From assembly GCA_044229265.1 (NCBI GenBank), contig JBGATK010000006.1, positions 8,232 through 72,231 of the forward strand: a stretch of DNA of 64,000 nt. The letters run 5' to 3'. Below the pieces are notes generated by a model. That model was not told the DNA's origin, did not search any database, and was given only the letters and a program-made list of their open reading frames with translations. Made by a program: the position numbers and the translations under genes. The number at the start of each line of letters is the position of its first letter. Position 1 is the first letter of the stretch. This DNA comes from Minisyncoccia bacterium (GTDB lineage: Bacteria > Patescibacteriota > Minisyncoccia > Phycocordibacterales > UBA9973). Positions 39,063-49,827 of this stretch are shown here, piece after piece.

Positions 39063-39942
39063 AAATATAATAATAATTTGCATTTCAGCTGTTTTTTTTA
39101 TTTTATTTCTAAATTATTCTCGTAATTTAATACGAGAAGAAAAAATTAGAAAAGAGGAATCTATAAAAATTCAAAAATTAGAAAATACAAAAAAAATACT
39201 AAATAGTTTAGCACTTGAAGCAAAAGCTGTATCTGTTTACGATGCCACTTCAGCTAATTTTATTTACGGTAGAAATGAGAATCAGGTTTTACCCATAGCT
39301 TCACTTGCAAAAATTGCTACAGCGATGATTGTATTGGAAGATACATCTTTAAACGAGGTAGAGATTAGGGAGCAAGATCTAAAACAATTTGGAGATAACA
39401 CTTTAAAACTTGGTGAGAAATGGCAAAAAAGAGAACTATTGTCGTACGGATTAATATCATCTTCTAATGATGCAATTCACGCCCTCGGATCTGGTGAAGA
39501 ATTTGTAAAAAAATTAAATATTTATGTAAAAAGTATTAATTTAAAAAATACATATTTTCGAAATTCTACCGGGCTCGATATGTGGGGACAAGAACAAGTA
39601 GGTGCAGAAAGCACCGCAAAAGAGATTAATCTTTTGGCTACTCGTGCATGGAAAATTTATCCGGATATATTTTCAAAAACAACATACACTTCGGCTGTTT
39701 TTGAATCAATTTCAGGTTCAAAATATGAAGCAATAAACACAAACTTGATTTTATCATCTATTCCTAATATGGTTTTTTCAAAAACTGGCTACACTACAAT
39801 CAGTGGTGGTAGTTTGGTAATCATATTTAAAAATCAAGACCAGCATTATATAGCTGTATCCATATTAGGTTCAACTCGCGAGGGTAGATTTGTAGATATG
39901 CAAAAAATTGTAAATGTATTGTATAATGAAAATTATGAGTAA
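39043..39942 (+). CDS. D-alanyl-D-alanine carboxypeptidase (S11, PBP5-like)
   Basis: SLAK (SxxK), SSND (SxN), KTGYT (KTG). Confidence 0.85.
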   Translation: MNLLKYKNIIIICISAVFFILFLNYSRNLIREEKIRKEESIKIQKLENTKKILNSLALEAKAVSVYDATSANFIYGRNENQVLPIASLAKIATAMIVLEDTSLNEVEIREQDLKQFGDNTLKLGEKWQKRELLSYGLISSSNDAIHALGSGEEFVKKLNIYVKSINLKNTYFRNSTGLDMWGQEQVGAESTAKEINLLATRAWKIYPDIFSKTTYTSAVFESISGSKYEAINTNLILSSIPNMVFSKTGYTTISGGSLVIIFKNQDQHYIAVSILGSTREGRFVDMQKIVNVLYNENYE

Positions 39943-40408
39943 TACAAATACAAATATAAAAAATATTTTTGTTTTTATATTCGTTTTTATATTTATATTT
40001 TATCCGCAAATTTCTTTAGCTGAAAATTCTACAGATAAAGACAAAGGTACCGTCTCAATAGAAAAAGCCACTAATTCTATTTTTAATAAAATTCCAAAAA
40101 ACTTCTATAAACCTTTTCACTCGGGCATAGAATGGGTAGAAAACCATCGCAAAAATTTAAATATATATGGAGAAAAAGAAATTTCAAAAATAAAAAATTT
40201 AGCCAATGATCAAAACAATAATATTCATAAAGAAACTACAACCTTTAATAATAATTCTCTAGGAGATTCCAAAGAAGTGTTTAAACAAGTAAAATACTAT
40301 ATATTTTTTATACTGGTATTTATAGCTTCGCATCAATTGTTATTTTGGTCTATACTTTTTTTAATATTTTTTGCTCTAGTCCGCAGTATTTTACGAATAG
40401 TATTTTAA
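39935..40408 (+). CDS. hypothetical membrane-anchored protein
   Basis: N-terminal hydrophobic FVFIFVFIFIF, C-terminal TM helix. Confidence 0.45.
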   Translation: MSNTNTNIKNIFVFIFVFIFIFYPQISLAENSTDKDKGTVSIEKATNSIFNKIPKNFYKPFHSGIEWVENHRKNLNIYGEKEISKIKNLANDQNNNIHKETTTFNNNSLGDSKEVFKQVKYYIFFILVFIASHQLLFWSILFLIFFALVRSILRIVF

Positions 40409-40443
40409 TTTGTTTTTTGCCAAATAGAGTGTAGAATAGCTTT

Positions 40444-40719
40444 ATGTGGCAAAGAATAATCTTTACAGTATTACTTATATTAGCAGTTATCTTTTTACCA
40501 TTTTGGGTTTATTTTTTATTTGCTTTATTTGGTATTTTTTATTTTAAATTTTATTTAGAAGCTTTTTTTATTTTCCTCGTTAGTGACTTATTATATGGAG
40601 TAAATATAGACAAAACTTTTAATATAACATTTTTTCAAAGCCTAATTATATTTATAATGTTATTACTTGCAGAATTTATTAAGGAAAACTCAAAGTTTTA
40701 TAAAAAAGAAAATGATTAG
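40444..40719 (+). CDS. small membrane protein (91 aa)
   Basis: three hydrophobic segments, precedes PBP2. Confidence 0.45.
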   Translation: MWQRIIFTVLLILAVIFLPFWVYFLFALFGIFYFKFYLEAFFIFLVSDLLYGVNIDKTFNITFFQSLIIFIMLLLAEFIKENSKFYKKEND

Positions 40720-42457
40720 AAGAATTCTTATTCGTCAAAAACTGCGTCGTGCAAATGTTTTCGTTGAACCTGACGAAATTTTTTTAGATTCAAAAAATTT
40801 AGCGAATTTCGATAGTCAACAATTTGAAGGGCGTATAGAGAAGCCGATAACACGTAGTGCCATATATTTCTTAGGCGGATTTTTTATTTTACTTTCACTA
40901 ATTTTTATCTCTAGATTAATTTATTTACAGATTGTAAAAGGAGAAGTGTATTTTAAACGCAGTGAATCCAACAAATTAGAAAAGGTAATAATTTTTGCCG
41001 ATAGGGGTATTATCTATGATAGAAATAAATTTGAATTGGCTTGGAATACAGAAATAGAGACTGAAACAGAAATTTCTCTTATTGAAAAAGACAAATCAGA
41101 TAAAGCTTTAAAAACAATGAAAAGATCCTATCTTTCTCCTGGATTTTCGCATATTTTGGGTTATGTTTCTTCTCCTGCTCAAGATAAAAAAGGTAAATAT
41201 TGGCAAACAGATTTTGTAGGTAAAGATGGATTAGAAAAAATTTATAGTGATCGTCTAAAAGGTGAGAATGGTGCCAAAGTAATCGAAGTAGATGCACTGG
41301 GTAGAGTTCATAGTGAAAATATAATAAATACTCCAAAACGTGGAGCAGAACTTATCACAACCTTAGATTCTCGTCTTCAGAAAGAAGTTTATTCGGAAAT
41401 AAAAACTTTAGCAGATACTTATGGATTTAAAGGTGGGGCAGGAGTAATGATGGATGTTACAAATGGCGAAGTAATTTTCTCAACTAGTTTTCCAGAGTAT
41501 GATGGAGAAGTTTTGTCAGCAGGACAAGATCAAGAAAAAATCAGTGCTTATTTTACTGATAAACGAAAAGTTTTCTTGGATCGCGCTATTTCAGGACTTT
41601 ATACACCAGGTTCTATAGTAAAGCCATTTTTAGCATTAGCTGCTTTAAATGAAGAAATAATTAGTCCGCAAAAAGAAATACTTTCTACAGGTTCTATTTC
41701 TGTGCCTAATCCTTTTAATAAAGGAGAAAAGACTGTATTTAAAGACTGGAAAGCTCATGGTTTTACTGACATGGAGAGAGCGATAGCCGTTTCTTCTGAC
41801 GTTTATTTTTATACAATTGGTGGAGGTTTTGGTGGACAAAAAGGGCTAGGTATTTCAAATATTGAAAAATACACTAGAGCTTTTGGTATTGGTGAAAAAA
41901 CAGGGGTGGATTTACCGGATGAAATTAGTGGAGTTATTCCTAATCCAGAATGGAAAATAAAAAATTTCAAAGGCGATATTTGGCGTATTGGAGATACATA
42001 CCATACTGCTATTGGGCAATATGGTTTTCAAGTGACTCCTATGGAGATGGTCAGGGCCACAGCTGCTATAGCAAACAGAGGAACACTTCTTACTCCGCAT
42101 TTTATTTTAGGTGATAAAGAAAAAGAATTACAAACAAAAAAAGTGCCAATAGAATTTAAAGAAAAAGATTATGATGTTATTCACAGAGGTATGCGCAAAA
42201 CGGTTACTGAAGGCATAGCGAGTAATATGAATATAAAAGATACTGAAATTTCAGCAAAAACAGGTACAGCTCAACTAGGTGTAGCTAGAGACAGGGTGAA
42301 TTCTTGGGTTATAGGATTTTTTCCGTCTGATAAACCAAAATACGCTTTTGCTATGATGATGGAATCAGGCCCTTCCACAAATGGTGTAGGAGCGTCATTT
42401 ATGATGCGTCAAGTCTTAAATTATATGTCTGTAAATACGCCAGAATATTTTAAATAG
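40712..42457 (+). CDS. mrdA: penicillin-binding protein 2 (elongasome transpeptidase)
   Basis: SIVKP (SxxK), SSD, KTGTAQ, N-terminal TM anchor. Confidence 0.9.
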   Translation: MIRRILIRQKLRRANVFVEPDEIFLDSKNLANFDSQQFEGRIEKPITRSAIYFLGGFFILLSLIFISRLIYLQIVKGEVYFKRSESNKLEKVIIFADRGIIYDRNKFELAWNTEIETETEISLIEKDKSDKALKTMKRSYLSPGFSHILGYVSSPAQDKKGKYWQTDFVGKDGLEKIYSDRLKGENGAKVIEVDALGRVHSENIINTPKRGAELITTLDSRLQKEVYSEIKTLADTYGFKGGAGVMMDVTNGEVIFSTSFPEYDGEVLSAGQDQEKISAYFTDKRKVFLDRAISGLYTPGSIVKPFLALAALNEEIISPQKEILSTGSISVPNPFNKGEKTVFKDWKAHGFTDMERAIAVSSDVYFYTIGGGFGGQKGLGISNIEKYTRAFGIGEKTGVDLPDEISGVIPNPEWKIKNFKGDIWRIGDTYHTAIGQYGFQVTPMEMVRATAAIANRGTLLTPHFILGDKEKELQTKKVPIEFKEKDYDVIHRGMRKTVTEGIASNMNIKDTEISAKTGTAQLGVARDRVNSWVIGFFPSDKPKYAFAMMMESGPSTNGVGASFMMRQVLNYMSVNTPEYFK

Positions 42458-42529
42458 TCAAATTTGATTTTTTATATAAAAATGATATTGTGTAAATATT
42501 AACACATTAATAAATTTTACTATTTTTAT

Positions 42530-45301
42530 ATGAAGAAAATAATTTTAGGTTTAGGTCTTTTTGTTTTTGGTTTATTTTTTATAACTAACTCAGTCTTTGC
42601 TGCAAGTGTAGGTCCCAATAATCCAAGCTCAGGTGTTAATACCACTGGATTTGGTTCAACTGCTTGGTCTAACTCAAGTAATATAACTTCAGTAGGTTCT
42701 CCTTATGCTACTGTTACATTAACTCCTGGATCAAGTTCAAATTACTTAAAGGCAACTAGCTACGGATTTAATATACCTTTGTCGGCAACAATTGATGGTA
42801 TTGAAGTTAAAATTGATAGAAAAGGAGAACAAAATTTAGGTTTTGGTTTTAGAGATGATGTATTAAAATTAGTTAAAGGAGGAGTTATTAGTGGTGACGA
42901 TAAGAGTTCTTCTAATACATACCCTACAACACTTTCAACAAAAACTTATGGTGCAAATAATGATAAGTGGGGTTTATCTTGGACTGCAGCAGATATTAAT
43001 GCAAGTAATTTCGGTGTAGTGTTGTCAACAAAAAGTAATTTAATTATTTCTACTTTGACAGCTTCAGTTAACTCTATTCAAGTTATTGTGCACTACACTA
43101 TAACTACTGGCGATTTACAAATCACAAAAACAGCAATTGGAGGCAATAGCACCTTTAGTTTTACTGGCGGCGCTGGAAGTTTTAATATTTCAACTACAGC
43201 TGGCACAGGAAATACTACTCGCACAAATTTAACTCCTGGCACTTATTCTGTAACTGAAACAGCACAATCTGGTTGGGATATGAATTCCAATACTTGTACT
43301 GACGTAGTAATTACTGCAGGCAATACAAGTAATTGTACTATTACGAATACAAAACGAGGTTCTATTACAGTATACAAAGATGTAAAAAATCCAGATGAAG
43401 GTGCCGTAGTAGATGGCCATTGGTTTGGCATAAAATTAAATGATGCAAACCCACAAAATATTTCTGAATTTAATTCTTATACTTATACAAATTTAGTCCC
43501 TGGCACATATACTATCACTGAAGACGTAGATCCTGATTATGATTTTATGACTTTTTCAGCTGACAATGATCCTGAAAATTCTGGTGCGCAAATTACAGTT
43601 TCAGCTGGTGCAAATACAAACCTAACTATTGTAAATAAACAAAAAAAGGGAAGTATCATCGTAAATAAAACCGTTACCAATCCAAATGGTGGGAAAGCTG
43701 TAGCTGGTAATTTCTACTTCTCATTAAACGGTGGTGAGGCAATACAATTTATTCAAGATGAAATGAATTCATTATTCGGTTCATTTACTCTTCCTTCTGT
43801 AAACCCTGGCGCATTTTCTATCGCTGAAGTTATGATTCCATCTGGAAATTACGCTATCTCATATTCTGGAAATTGTAGTGGACTGCTAGAAAGTAATGGT
43901 TCTAAAACTTGCAATATTACAAATAGTGATATTCCAGAAGGCAAAGGTGCTATTACTGTAGTAAAAAATGTAATCAATGATGATGGAGGAATGATGGTAG
44001 CTAGTGATTTTCCTTTATATATTAATCCTACAGAAGGTGAAGGAATGATGGCAGAAAATGGCGTATCTTATTTCCTAGATCCAGGCACATACAACGTAAG
44101 TGAAATGATGAGTGAATCTTTAGCTTCAAAATACATGCAAACTTCACTTGTTTGTATAAATGGCAAAACAGAAACTTCTGGACAAGTAGTTTTATCTGCG
44201 CAAGCTTCATGGGTTTGTACTATTACAAATAACGATAAGCCTGCAAATTTAACTATAGTAAAAAATGTTGTAAACGATGCTTGGAATGCTACTACACATG
44301 ATGGTACTTTCACTATAAATATTTCAGGTATGAAAGAAGGCTTAATGCTCACTACTACTGAAAGCACTGCACAAACTACAATCGAAATGAATAAAGGCTC
44401 TTATGCTTTGTCTGAACCAATTTCAAATGATTGGTATATCGAATCTATTTCTTGCGGAGAAAATTATTATTCAGAAGAAGAAATTCTTTCTGGAACTCAA
44501 ATTACTTTAGAAAATGGCCAGAACATGACTTGCACTTTTGTAAATAAAAGAAAAACAGGAACTTTAATTGTAAATAAAACTGTATCAAATGATGATGGTA
44601 AAACTCTGACCTTGAACGATTTCCCTGGCTTCACAGTAGCTGGCAGTGAACCTGTTCCTTTCGAAGCAAATGAAGAACAAGAAGGTCCTATTATGGCTGG
44701 TTCAAAAACTTTGACCTTAGAACTAGGAACTTACACAATTTCAGAACCTATCACAGAAGGATACTTTAAAGTTCCAGAAAATTGTGATCCGGTTTACATT
44801 ACTTGGAATCAAACATCTACATGTTCTTTCCGAAATGAAGACATAGGATTCTATATTCACTCTGGTGGAGGTGAAGGTGGTGGCGGTTCTGTAGCAGGTG
44901 CATTTACTGAAAATACAGAAAATACAAATACAACTCCCGCTGAAACACCAAAAGAAGAAATAAAAGGTGAGGTTTTAGGTGCGACTTCTTGCAATACAAA
45001 ATACTTAGAGAATTTCTTATTCTTTGGTAAAAAGAATCCAAAACTGGATGTAGAAAAATTACAAGTATTTCTAAATGATGATTTAGGCTTAAACTTAAAA
45101 ATCGACGGACATTATGGAATTTCTACTAGAAATGCTGTATCAGCTTTTCAAGAGAAAAATAAAAAAGAAGTTCTTGATCCTTGGATTCCATTTGGAAAGA
45201 AAGATGGAAAGGGTACAGGTAATGTATATAAAACTACACTACGCTGGATAAATATGACCAAATGTCCAGATTTAAATCTGCCAATGCCAGAATTACCTTA
45301 A
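42530..45301 (+). CDS. large secreted surface protein with tandem Cna-B/prealbumin-like repeats and a C-terminal peptidoglycan-binding domain
   Basis: signal peptide, at least six repeats containing PGTYxxTE..GY, C-terminal LQxFLN..G..L.IDGHYG..T..AV..FQ. Confidence 0.8.
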   Translation: MKKIILGLGLFVFGLFFITNSVFAASVGPNNPSSGVNTTGFGSTAWSNSSNITSVGSPYATVTLTPGSSSNYLKATSYGFNIPLSATIDGIEVKIDRKGEQNLGFGFRDDVLKLVKGGVISGDDKSSSNTYPTTLSTKTYGANNDKWGLSWTAADINASNFGVVLSTKSNLIISTLTASVNSIQVIVHYTITTGDLQITKTAIGGNSTFSFTGGAGSFNISTTAGTGNTTRTNLTPGTYSVTETAQSGWDMNSNTCTDVVITAGNTSNCTITNTKRGSITVYKDVKNPDEGAVVDGHWFGIKLNDANPQNISEFNSYTYTNLVPGTYTITEDVDPDYDFMTFSADNDPENSGAQITVSAGANTNLTIVNKQKKGSIIVNKTVTNPNGGKAVAGNFYFSLNGGEAIQFIQDEMNSLFGSFTLPSVNPGAFSIAEVMIPSGNYAISYSGNCSGLLESNGSKTCNITNSDIPEGKGAITVVKNVINDDGGMMVASDFPLYINPTEGEGMMAENGVSYFLDPGTYNVSEMMSESLASKYMQTSLVCINGKTETSGQVVLSAQASWVCTITNNDKPANLTIVKNVVNDAWNATTHDGTFTINISGMKEGLMLTTTESTAQTTIEMNKGSYALSEPISNDWYIESISCGENYYSEEEILSGTQITLENGQNMTCTFVNKRKTGTLIVNKTVSNDDGKTLTLNDFPGFTVAGSEPVPFEANEEQEGPIMAGSKTLTLELGTYTISEPITEGYFKVPENCDPVYITWNQTSTCSFRNEDIGFYIHSGGGEGGGGSVAGAFTENTENTNTTPAETPKEEIKGEVLGATSCNTKYLENFLFFGKKNPKLDVEKLQVFLNDDLGLNLKIDGHYGISTRNAVSAFQEKNKKEVLDPWIPFGKKDGKGTGNVYKTTLRWINMTKCPDLNLPMPELP

Positions 45302-45357
45302 ACTAAATTAAAACTTTATTAAGTTGCAAAAAACACTGCATTGACGGTGTTTTTTGT

Positions 45358-46413
45358 TTGTTATATAATAATTTTATGCGAAAAATAGGCACTAAGCTCA
45401 AGAATCATTTCATTCCTCATAAAGGAAATAATCATGAGCCACATTTTCTACGACATAAATCCCTAACTATAATTCTAGTTTTAATTATTGTAATTGAACT
45501 CGGTTTTTTATTTGATATTTTTGTTGTATTTAAAAAAGATTCTTTCTTGGCAAGTGTTTTACCGAGTATTTTAACAACTCTTACTAATCAAGCCCGCAAT
45601 GAAAACGGCCTTAGTGACCTAGCTATAAATGACTTATTAGTAAAATCAGCAAAATTAAAAGCAGAAGATATGGCTCAAAAAAGTTATTTTGCTCATACTT
45701 CTCCTGAGGGAATTACACCATGGTATTGGTTAAACAAAACTGGTTATAAATATAGCTATGCTGGGGAGAATTTGGCAGTCAATTTTTTTGAATCATCCGA
45801 TGTGGCTCGGGCTTGGATGGCTTCACCTACTCACCGTGCAAATATCGTAAGAAAAGAATTTACCGAGATAGGTATAGCTACTGCAAGTGGCATATATCAA
45901 GGCCATGAAGCGGTTTTTGTAGTTCAATTTTTTGGTAAACCAGCAGTAGAAAAAACAAAACCAATTTTAACCACATCTGAAACTAAAATTAAAGAAAATA
46001 AAGTTATTGCTGAAATACCTAAACCTGCACAAATAAATGCCCCTGTAGTCTTGGGTGAAGAAATACAAATAAATCCCATTAAAGAAGAAAAAATTGAACA
46101 GGCAATAGAGCCAGTAAAAAGTATTGAGACAGAGTTAGTCGTAAATACAAGAGACCAATATTCAAATGAGGCATACAAACTAGTTAGTTCACCTAGAAAA
46201 ACAGCAAATAATATTTTTACAGGAATTTTAGCCTTAATTCTTATTGTATTATCTATCTTTATTTTAAAATCTGAAAAGAAGCACCCAGAGGTTGTTTTAC
46301 GATCTTTAGCTATTATTGTCATAATAATAATACTATTAGTACTCAATCAAAAAACACTATATATTGACACAAAGCTTCCTGATAGTTCTACCGCAAACTC
46401 AATTGCATCTTAA
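45358..46413 (+). CDS. CAP/SCP (YkwD-like) domain protein with N- and C-terminal TM segments
   Basis: CAP motifs AHTSPEG..GENLA..W..SP.HRANI. Confidence 0.75.
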   Translation: MLYNNFMRKIGTKLKNHFIPHKGNNHEPHFLRHKSLTIILVLIIVIELGFLFDIFVVFKKDSFLASVLPSILTTLTNQARNENGLSDLAINDLLVKSAKLKAEDMAQKSYFAHTSPEGITPWYWLNKTGYKYSYAGENLAVNFFESSDVARAWMASPTHRANIVRKEFTEIGIATASGIYQGHEAVFVVQFFGKPAVEKTKPILTTSETKIKENKVIAEIPKPAQINAPVVLGEEIQINPIKEEKIEQAIEPVKSIETELVVNTRDQYSNEAYKLVSSPRKTANNIFTGILALILIVLSIFILKSEKKHPEVVLRSLAIIVIIIILLVLNQKTLYIDTKLPDSSTANSIAS

Positions 46414-46439
46414 TTATTTCTTCTATATAATGTATTCAC

Positions 46440-46661
46440 ATGTTGCAAGCTAGAATACTTTTTACGATAGGTTTATGGGTGGCGATATTGCCATTTTTAG
46501 GTTTTCCAAAAAACATAAAAAATATTTTATTCATCCTTACTGGATTATTTATCATATACATAGGACTTGTAGTTTATAAAAAAATTAAACTTTCCAAAGA
46601 ATCCACAAAGAAAAATTCTTCTGAAACTTTCATGGAAAATCGTGATTTTATAGAAAAATAA
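46440..46661 (+). CDS. small membrane protein (73 aa)
   Basis: two TM helices. Confidence 0.4.
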   Translation: MLQARILFTIGLWVAILPFLGFPKNIKNILFILTGLFIIYIGLVVYKKIKLSKESTKKNSSETFMENRDFIEK

Positions 46662-47894
46662 ATGGAAATAGAAAATAAAAACAAATTTAAATACGCATCA
46701 TCTATACTTCTAGTCGGGGTTATTTTTTTTGGTTTAGGATACTATCTTGGTTTAGCCAAAGAAACAGAATTATCTAAAATAAATACTTTAACTAATACTA
46801 CAAATACAGAGCTGACTACTACTGATTTTTCTCCATTTTGGAAAACCTGGAATCTGATAAATGAAAAACATCCGAATGCAAGTAAGGTAAATGACGAGGA
46901 CAGACTCTATGGTGCCATTGCTGGCCTTGTGCAATCTTTAGATGACCCTTATAGTGTATTTTTTGACCCACAAGAAACTAAGTCTTTTGAGGAAGATATA
47001 GCTGGTAATTTCTCTGGAGTAGGTATGGAAGTTGGTATAAAAGACAAAATTTTGACTGTAATTTCACCTCTTAAAAATACACCGGCTTATCGAGCTGGCA
47101 TGAAAGCTGGAGACAAAATACTAAAAATTGACGATAAAATTACCTCAGATATGAAAATAGATGAGGCTATTAAAAGAATAAGAGGCGAGAAGGGAACTAC
47201 TGTTACTTTATCAATATTTAGAGAAGGAGAAAAAGAGGCGAGGGAAATAAAAATCGTCCGAGATATTATTGATATCCCTACTCTAGAAACAGAGATTTTG
47301 CCTGATGGAATTTTTGTAATTAGATTATTTACATTTTCGGCAAATTCTACAGATTTATTCCGTAATGCAATTATAGAATTTGAACAATCGAAGGCAGATA
47401 AACTTATCTTTGATTTGCGTGGTAATCCTGGTGGATACTTGGAAGCCGCTAACGAGATGGCTAGTTATTTCTTACCGAAAGGAAAAACTGTCGTAATCGA
47501 AGACTATGGTGGAAATAAAGAACAAGAAGTTTATCGAAGTCTAGGATATGATGTATTTAACGATACTTTAAAATTTGTAGTATTGATTGATCACGGCTCA
47601 GCATCAGCTTCAGAAATATTTGCTGGTGCTATGCAAGATTATAAAAAAGCACTTTTAGTAGGTGAGCAAAGTTATGGTAAAGGTAGTGTTCAAGAAGTAG
47701 TAAATGTAACCAAAGACACTATTTTAAAAGTAACAGTAGCAAAATGGCTAACTCCAAATGGCACTTCTATTTCAGACAAAGGCTTAACTCCTGATGTGGA
47801 AGTAGAATTTACGAATAAAGACGTAGAAAATAAAAATGATCCGCAAATGAAAAAAGCTATTGAGCTTTTAAAAAACTGGAAACCAATAAAATAA
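46662..47894 (+). CDS. ctpA: carboxyl-terminal processing protease (S41)
   Basis: PDZ domain, GNPGGYL and S/K dyad region. Confidence 0.9.
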   Translation: MEIENKNKFKYASSILLVGVIFFGLGYYLGLAKETELSKINTLTNTTNTELTTTDFSPFWKTWNLINEKHPNASKVNDEDRLYGAIAGLVQSLDDPYSVFFDPQETKSFEEDIAGNFSGVGMEVGIKDKILTVISPLKNTPAYRAGMKAGDKILKIDDKITSDMKIDEAIKRIRGEKGTTVTLSIFREGEKEAREIKIVRDIIDIPTLETEILPDGIFVIRLFTFSANSTDLFRNAIIEFEQSKADKLIFDLRGNPGGYLEAANEMASYFLPKGKTVVIEDYGGNKEQEVYRSLGYDVFNDTLKFVVLIDHGSASASEIFAGAMQDYKKALLVGEQSYGKGSVQEVVNVTKDTILKVTVAKWLTPNGTSISDKGLTPDVEVEFTNKDVENKNDPQMKKAIELLKNWKPIK

Positions 47895-47922
47895 TTAAAA
47901 GTTTAATAAATTTAAAAAGAGC

Positions 47923-48366
47923 ATGAAAGTAATATTCTTAAAAGATGTACCACGAGTCGGCAATAAAAATGAAATCAAAGAAGTAAATGACGGTTATGCT
48001 AGTAATTTTCTCTTACCCAAAGGACTAGCAAAAATAGCTACAGGTAATGCAATAAAAGAACACGAAATAAAAATGCAGGAAATTTTAGTTGAGCGTAAGG
48101 TTCAAAAAAATTTATTAGAAAAAAGTTTAGAAGAAATTAAACAAAAAACTATCACGCTTTATGGTAAGGCAAATGAAAAAGGCCATCTATTCCAAGCTAT
48201 CCATAAAAAAGAGATTATAGATGCTCTTTTCAAAGAACATCGTGCTCAAATTTCTGAAGAATTTATAATTCTAGAAAAACCTATCAAAGAAGTAGGGGAG
48301 TTTCAAATTCCTATAAAAATAGGCTCTCAAAGCTCGTATTTTACCCTCAAAATAGAGGCAAAATAA
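47923..48366 (+). CDS. rplI: 50S ribosomal protein L9
   Basis: [21 protein letters not shown] start. Confidence 0.92.
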   Translation: MKVIFLKDVPRVGNKNEIKEVNDGYASNFLLPKGLAKIATGNAIKEHEIKMQEILVERKVQKNLLEKSLEEIKQKTITLYGKANEKGHLFQAIHKKEIIDALFKEHRAQISEEFIILEKPIKEVGEFQIPIKIGSQSSYFTLKIEAK

Positions 48367-48370
48367 GTAA

Positions 48371-48400
48371 AAACACTAGGCAAAAGACCTAGTGTTTTTG
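48371..48400 (+). terminator. intrinsic terminator after rplI
   Basis: aaacactagg/cctagtgttt stem plus tttttg. Confidence 0.8.
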
Positions 48401-48458
48401 TATTTGCTCCTTTCTGAAATATTTGCTTTAATAAAGGTAAATAAAAATCTTTGAAATT

Positions 48459-48947
48459 ATGCATAAAAATCTAATTAATAAAGTCTTAGAACTTGAATTT
48501 TTTTTATACAAGGATTTGCCGGGACCTAAACATCATAGATTACAAAAAGCCCACAAGGGAGAGACCTCAAAAGAAAATATCTCTTACGTAGATCCTGTAG
48601 ATCATAAAAGCTGGACACATTTAACCGGGGATGCCAACCCAGTGCAAATCAAAAATTTATTGAATAAGGATTGTAAAACTTTTAGAAGCGCAGAAATGCG
48701 TAATAAAAAAATTGTAATAAAGTACAGATCCCCTGAAGACAAGGAGAAGGTACTCAATTTGAAAAATAAAAATAGTTTTTTGCCTATGAATTTAAGGCGT
48801 AAAATTGTTTTTGAGAAATTCATTGGCAGAAAAAGCATATCTAAATTTTTAGATATAGTTAACCTCAAATATTTTTGTCCCGAATGCAAATTAATTTTAG
48901 TAGAAGATCAAAACTCCTCAAATACAAAACACAAAAATATAAAATAA
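48459..48947 (+). CDS. hypothetical basic protein (162 aa)
   Basis: ORF, tightly coupled to the next gene (1-nt gap). Confidence 0.5.
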   Translation: MHKNLINKVLELEFFLYKDLPGPKHHRLQKAHKGETSKENISYVDPVDHKSWTHLTGDANPVQIKNLLNKDCKTFRSAEMRNKKIVIKYRSPEDKEKVLNLKNKNSFLPMNLRRKIVFEKFIGRKSISKFLDIVNLKYFCPECKLILVEDQNSSNTKHKNIK

Positions 48948-48948
48948 T

Positions 48949-49440
48949 ATGGAAACTTACACTGAAATTTTTGTGATAAAAGAAAAAGATCACAACTTAA
49001 GGGGTAACTTTAGTTTAATTCTTTACTTGGGAGAAAGGGAAATACGTAGAAAAGAATTTACCTTCTTCACTAAAATTTTGCTCGAAGAACAAAAAGTAGA
49101 ATTCCATATCAGGTATAAAAATCTGACAGAAGATTTTATTTTTTGTAAAACTCCTTACAACTCTGATGGTGTAGTAGATACATCTAATTACTCTAAAAAT
49201 CAATTAGTTGTTTTAACTACATTTTTCCCAACTATTAGTTTTGCAATCAAAGCACTAGATGAAGAGGAAAAAAATAGAACTACTAATTTTGATTCTACGA
49301 TTTCTAATTCAACTTTCATGAGTAGAAAGCTAGAGAATCATGCTAAGTATGTATTTTCTGAAGATGCATTAGTTAGTGATTTTGAAAGGTTAGTATTCAA
49401 TTTACCCGACGATATGATAAATCAAATTAGATTACTTTGA
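48949..49440 (+). CDS. hypothetical protein (163 aa)
   Basis: ORF, translationally coupled to the previous gene. Confidence 0.5.
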   Translation: METYTEIFVIKEKDHNLRGNFSLILYLGEREIRRKEFTFFTKILLEEQKVEFHIRYKNLTEDFIFCKTPYNSDGVVDTSNYSKNQLVVLTTFFPTISFAIKALDEEEKNRTTNFDSTISNSTFMSRKLENHAKYVFSEDALVSDFERLVFNLPDDMINQIRLL

Positions 49441-49456
49441 TATTATTTTCAAAGTA

Positions 49457-49490
49457 AAATCCCCTCTGGTTAAAGAGGGGATTTTTTATT
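49457..49490. terminator. bidirectional intrinsic terminator between the cassette and rpmA
   Basis: aaaatcccctc/gaggggatttt with A and T tracts on both sides. Confidence 0.8.
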
Positions 49491-49496
49491 TGTCTT

Positions 49497-49769
49497 TTAT
49501 TTTACGTTAGCAGTTTTCTTTATTACTGTTTTGCCGTTAAATGAAGTTTTGCGTTTAGTGCCAAATGATACTATACCTGGTTTAAGGGCAAATAAAGTAT
49601 GATCTTTACCTAAGCCTACATTTACTCCTGGCATAATACGAGTTCCGCGTTGGCGCACTATTACAGAGCCAGCTTGTGCTTTTTCTCCAGCATAAAGTTT
49701 AGTACCTAGATACTTTGGATTCGAATCTCTTAAGTTTTTGGCGGTTCCGCCGGCTTTCCTATGTGCCAT
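49497..49769 (-). CDS. rpmA: 50S ribosomal protein L27
   Basis: [17 protein letters not shown]-terminus. Confidence 0.92.
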   Translation of the reverse strand: MAHRKAGGTAKNLRDSNPKYLGTKLYAGEKAQAGSVIVRQRGTRIMPGVNVGLGKDHTLFALKPGIVSFGTKRKTSFNGKTVIKKTANVK

Positions 49770-49827
49770 ATTGTTATTATGTTAAATATAATGTTAAAAT
49801 TTACGTATAAAGAGTATAGCTTACTTT

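Noticed and set aside
39950-40010. Short tandem gtttttatatt repeats that might suggest a CRISPR or microsatellite
   Set aside because: Only two imperfect units inside an ORF encoding a hydrophobic FVFIFVFIF segment. No spacer-repeat periodicity.
42530-45301. Diversity-generating retroelement targeting the repeat-rich surface protein
   Set aside because: No reverse transcriptase ORF and no near-identical template/variable repeat pair were seen anywhere in the window.
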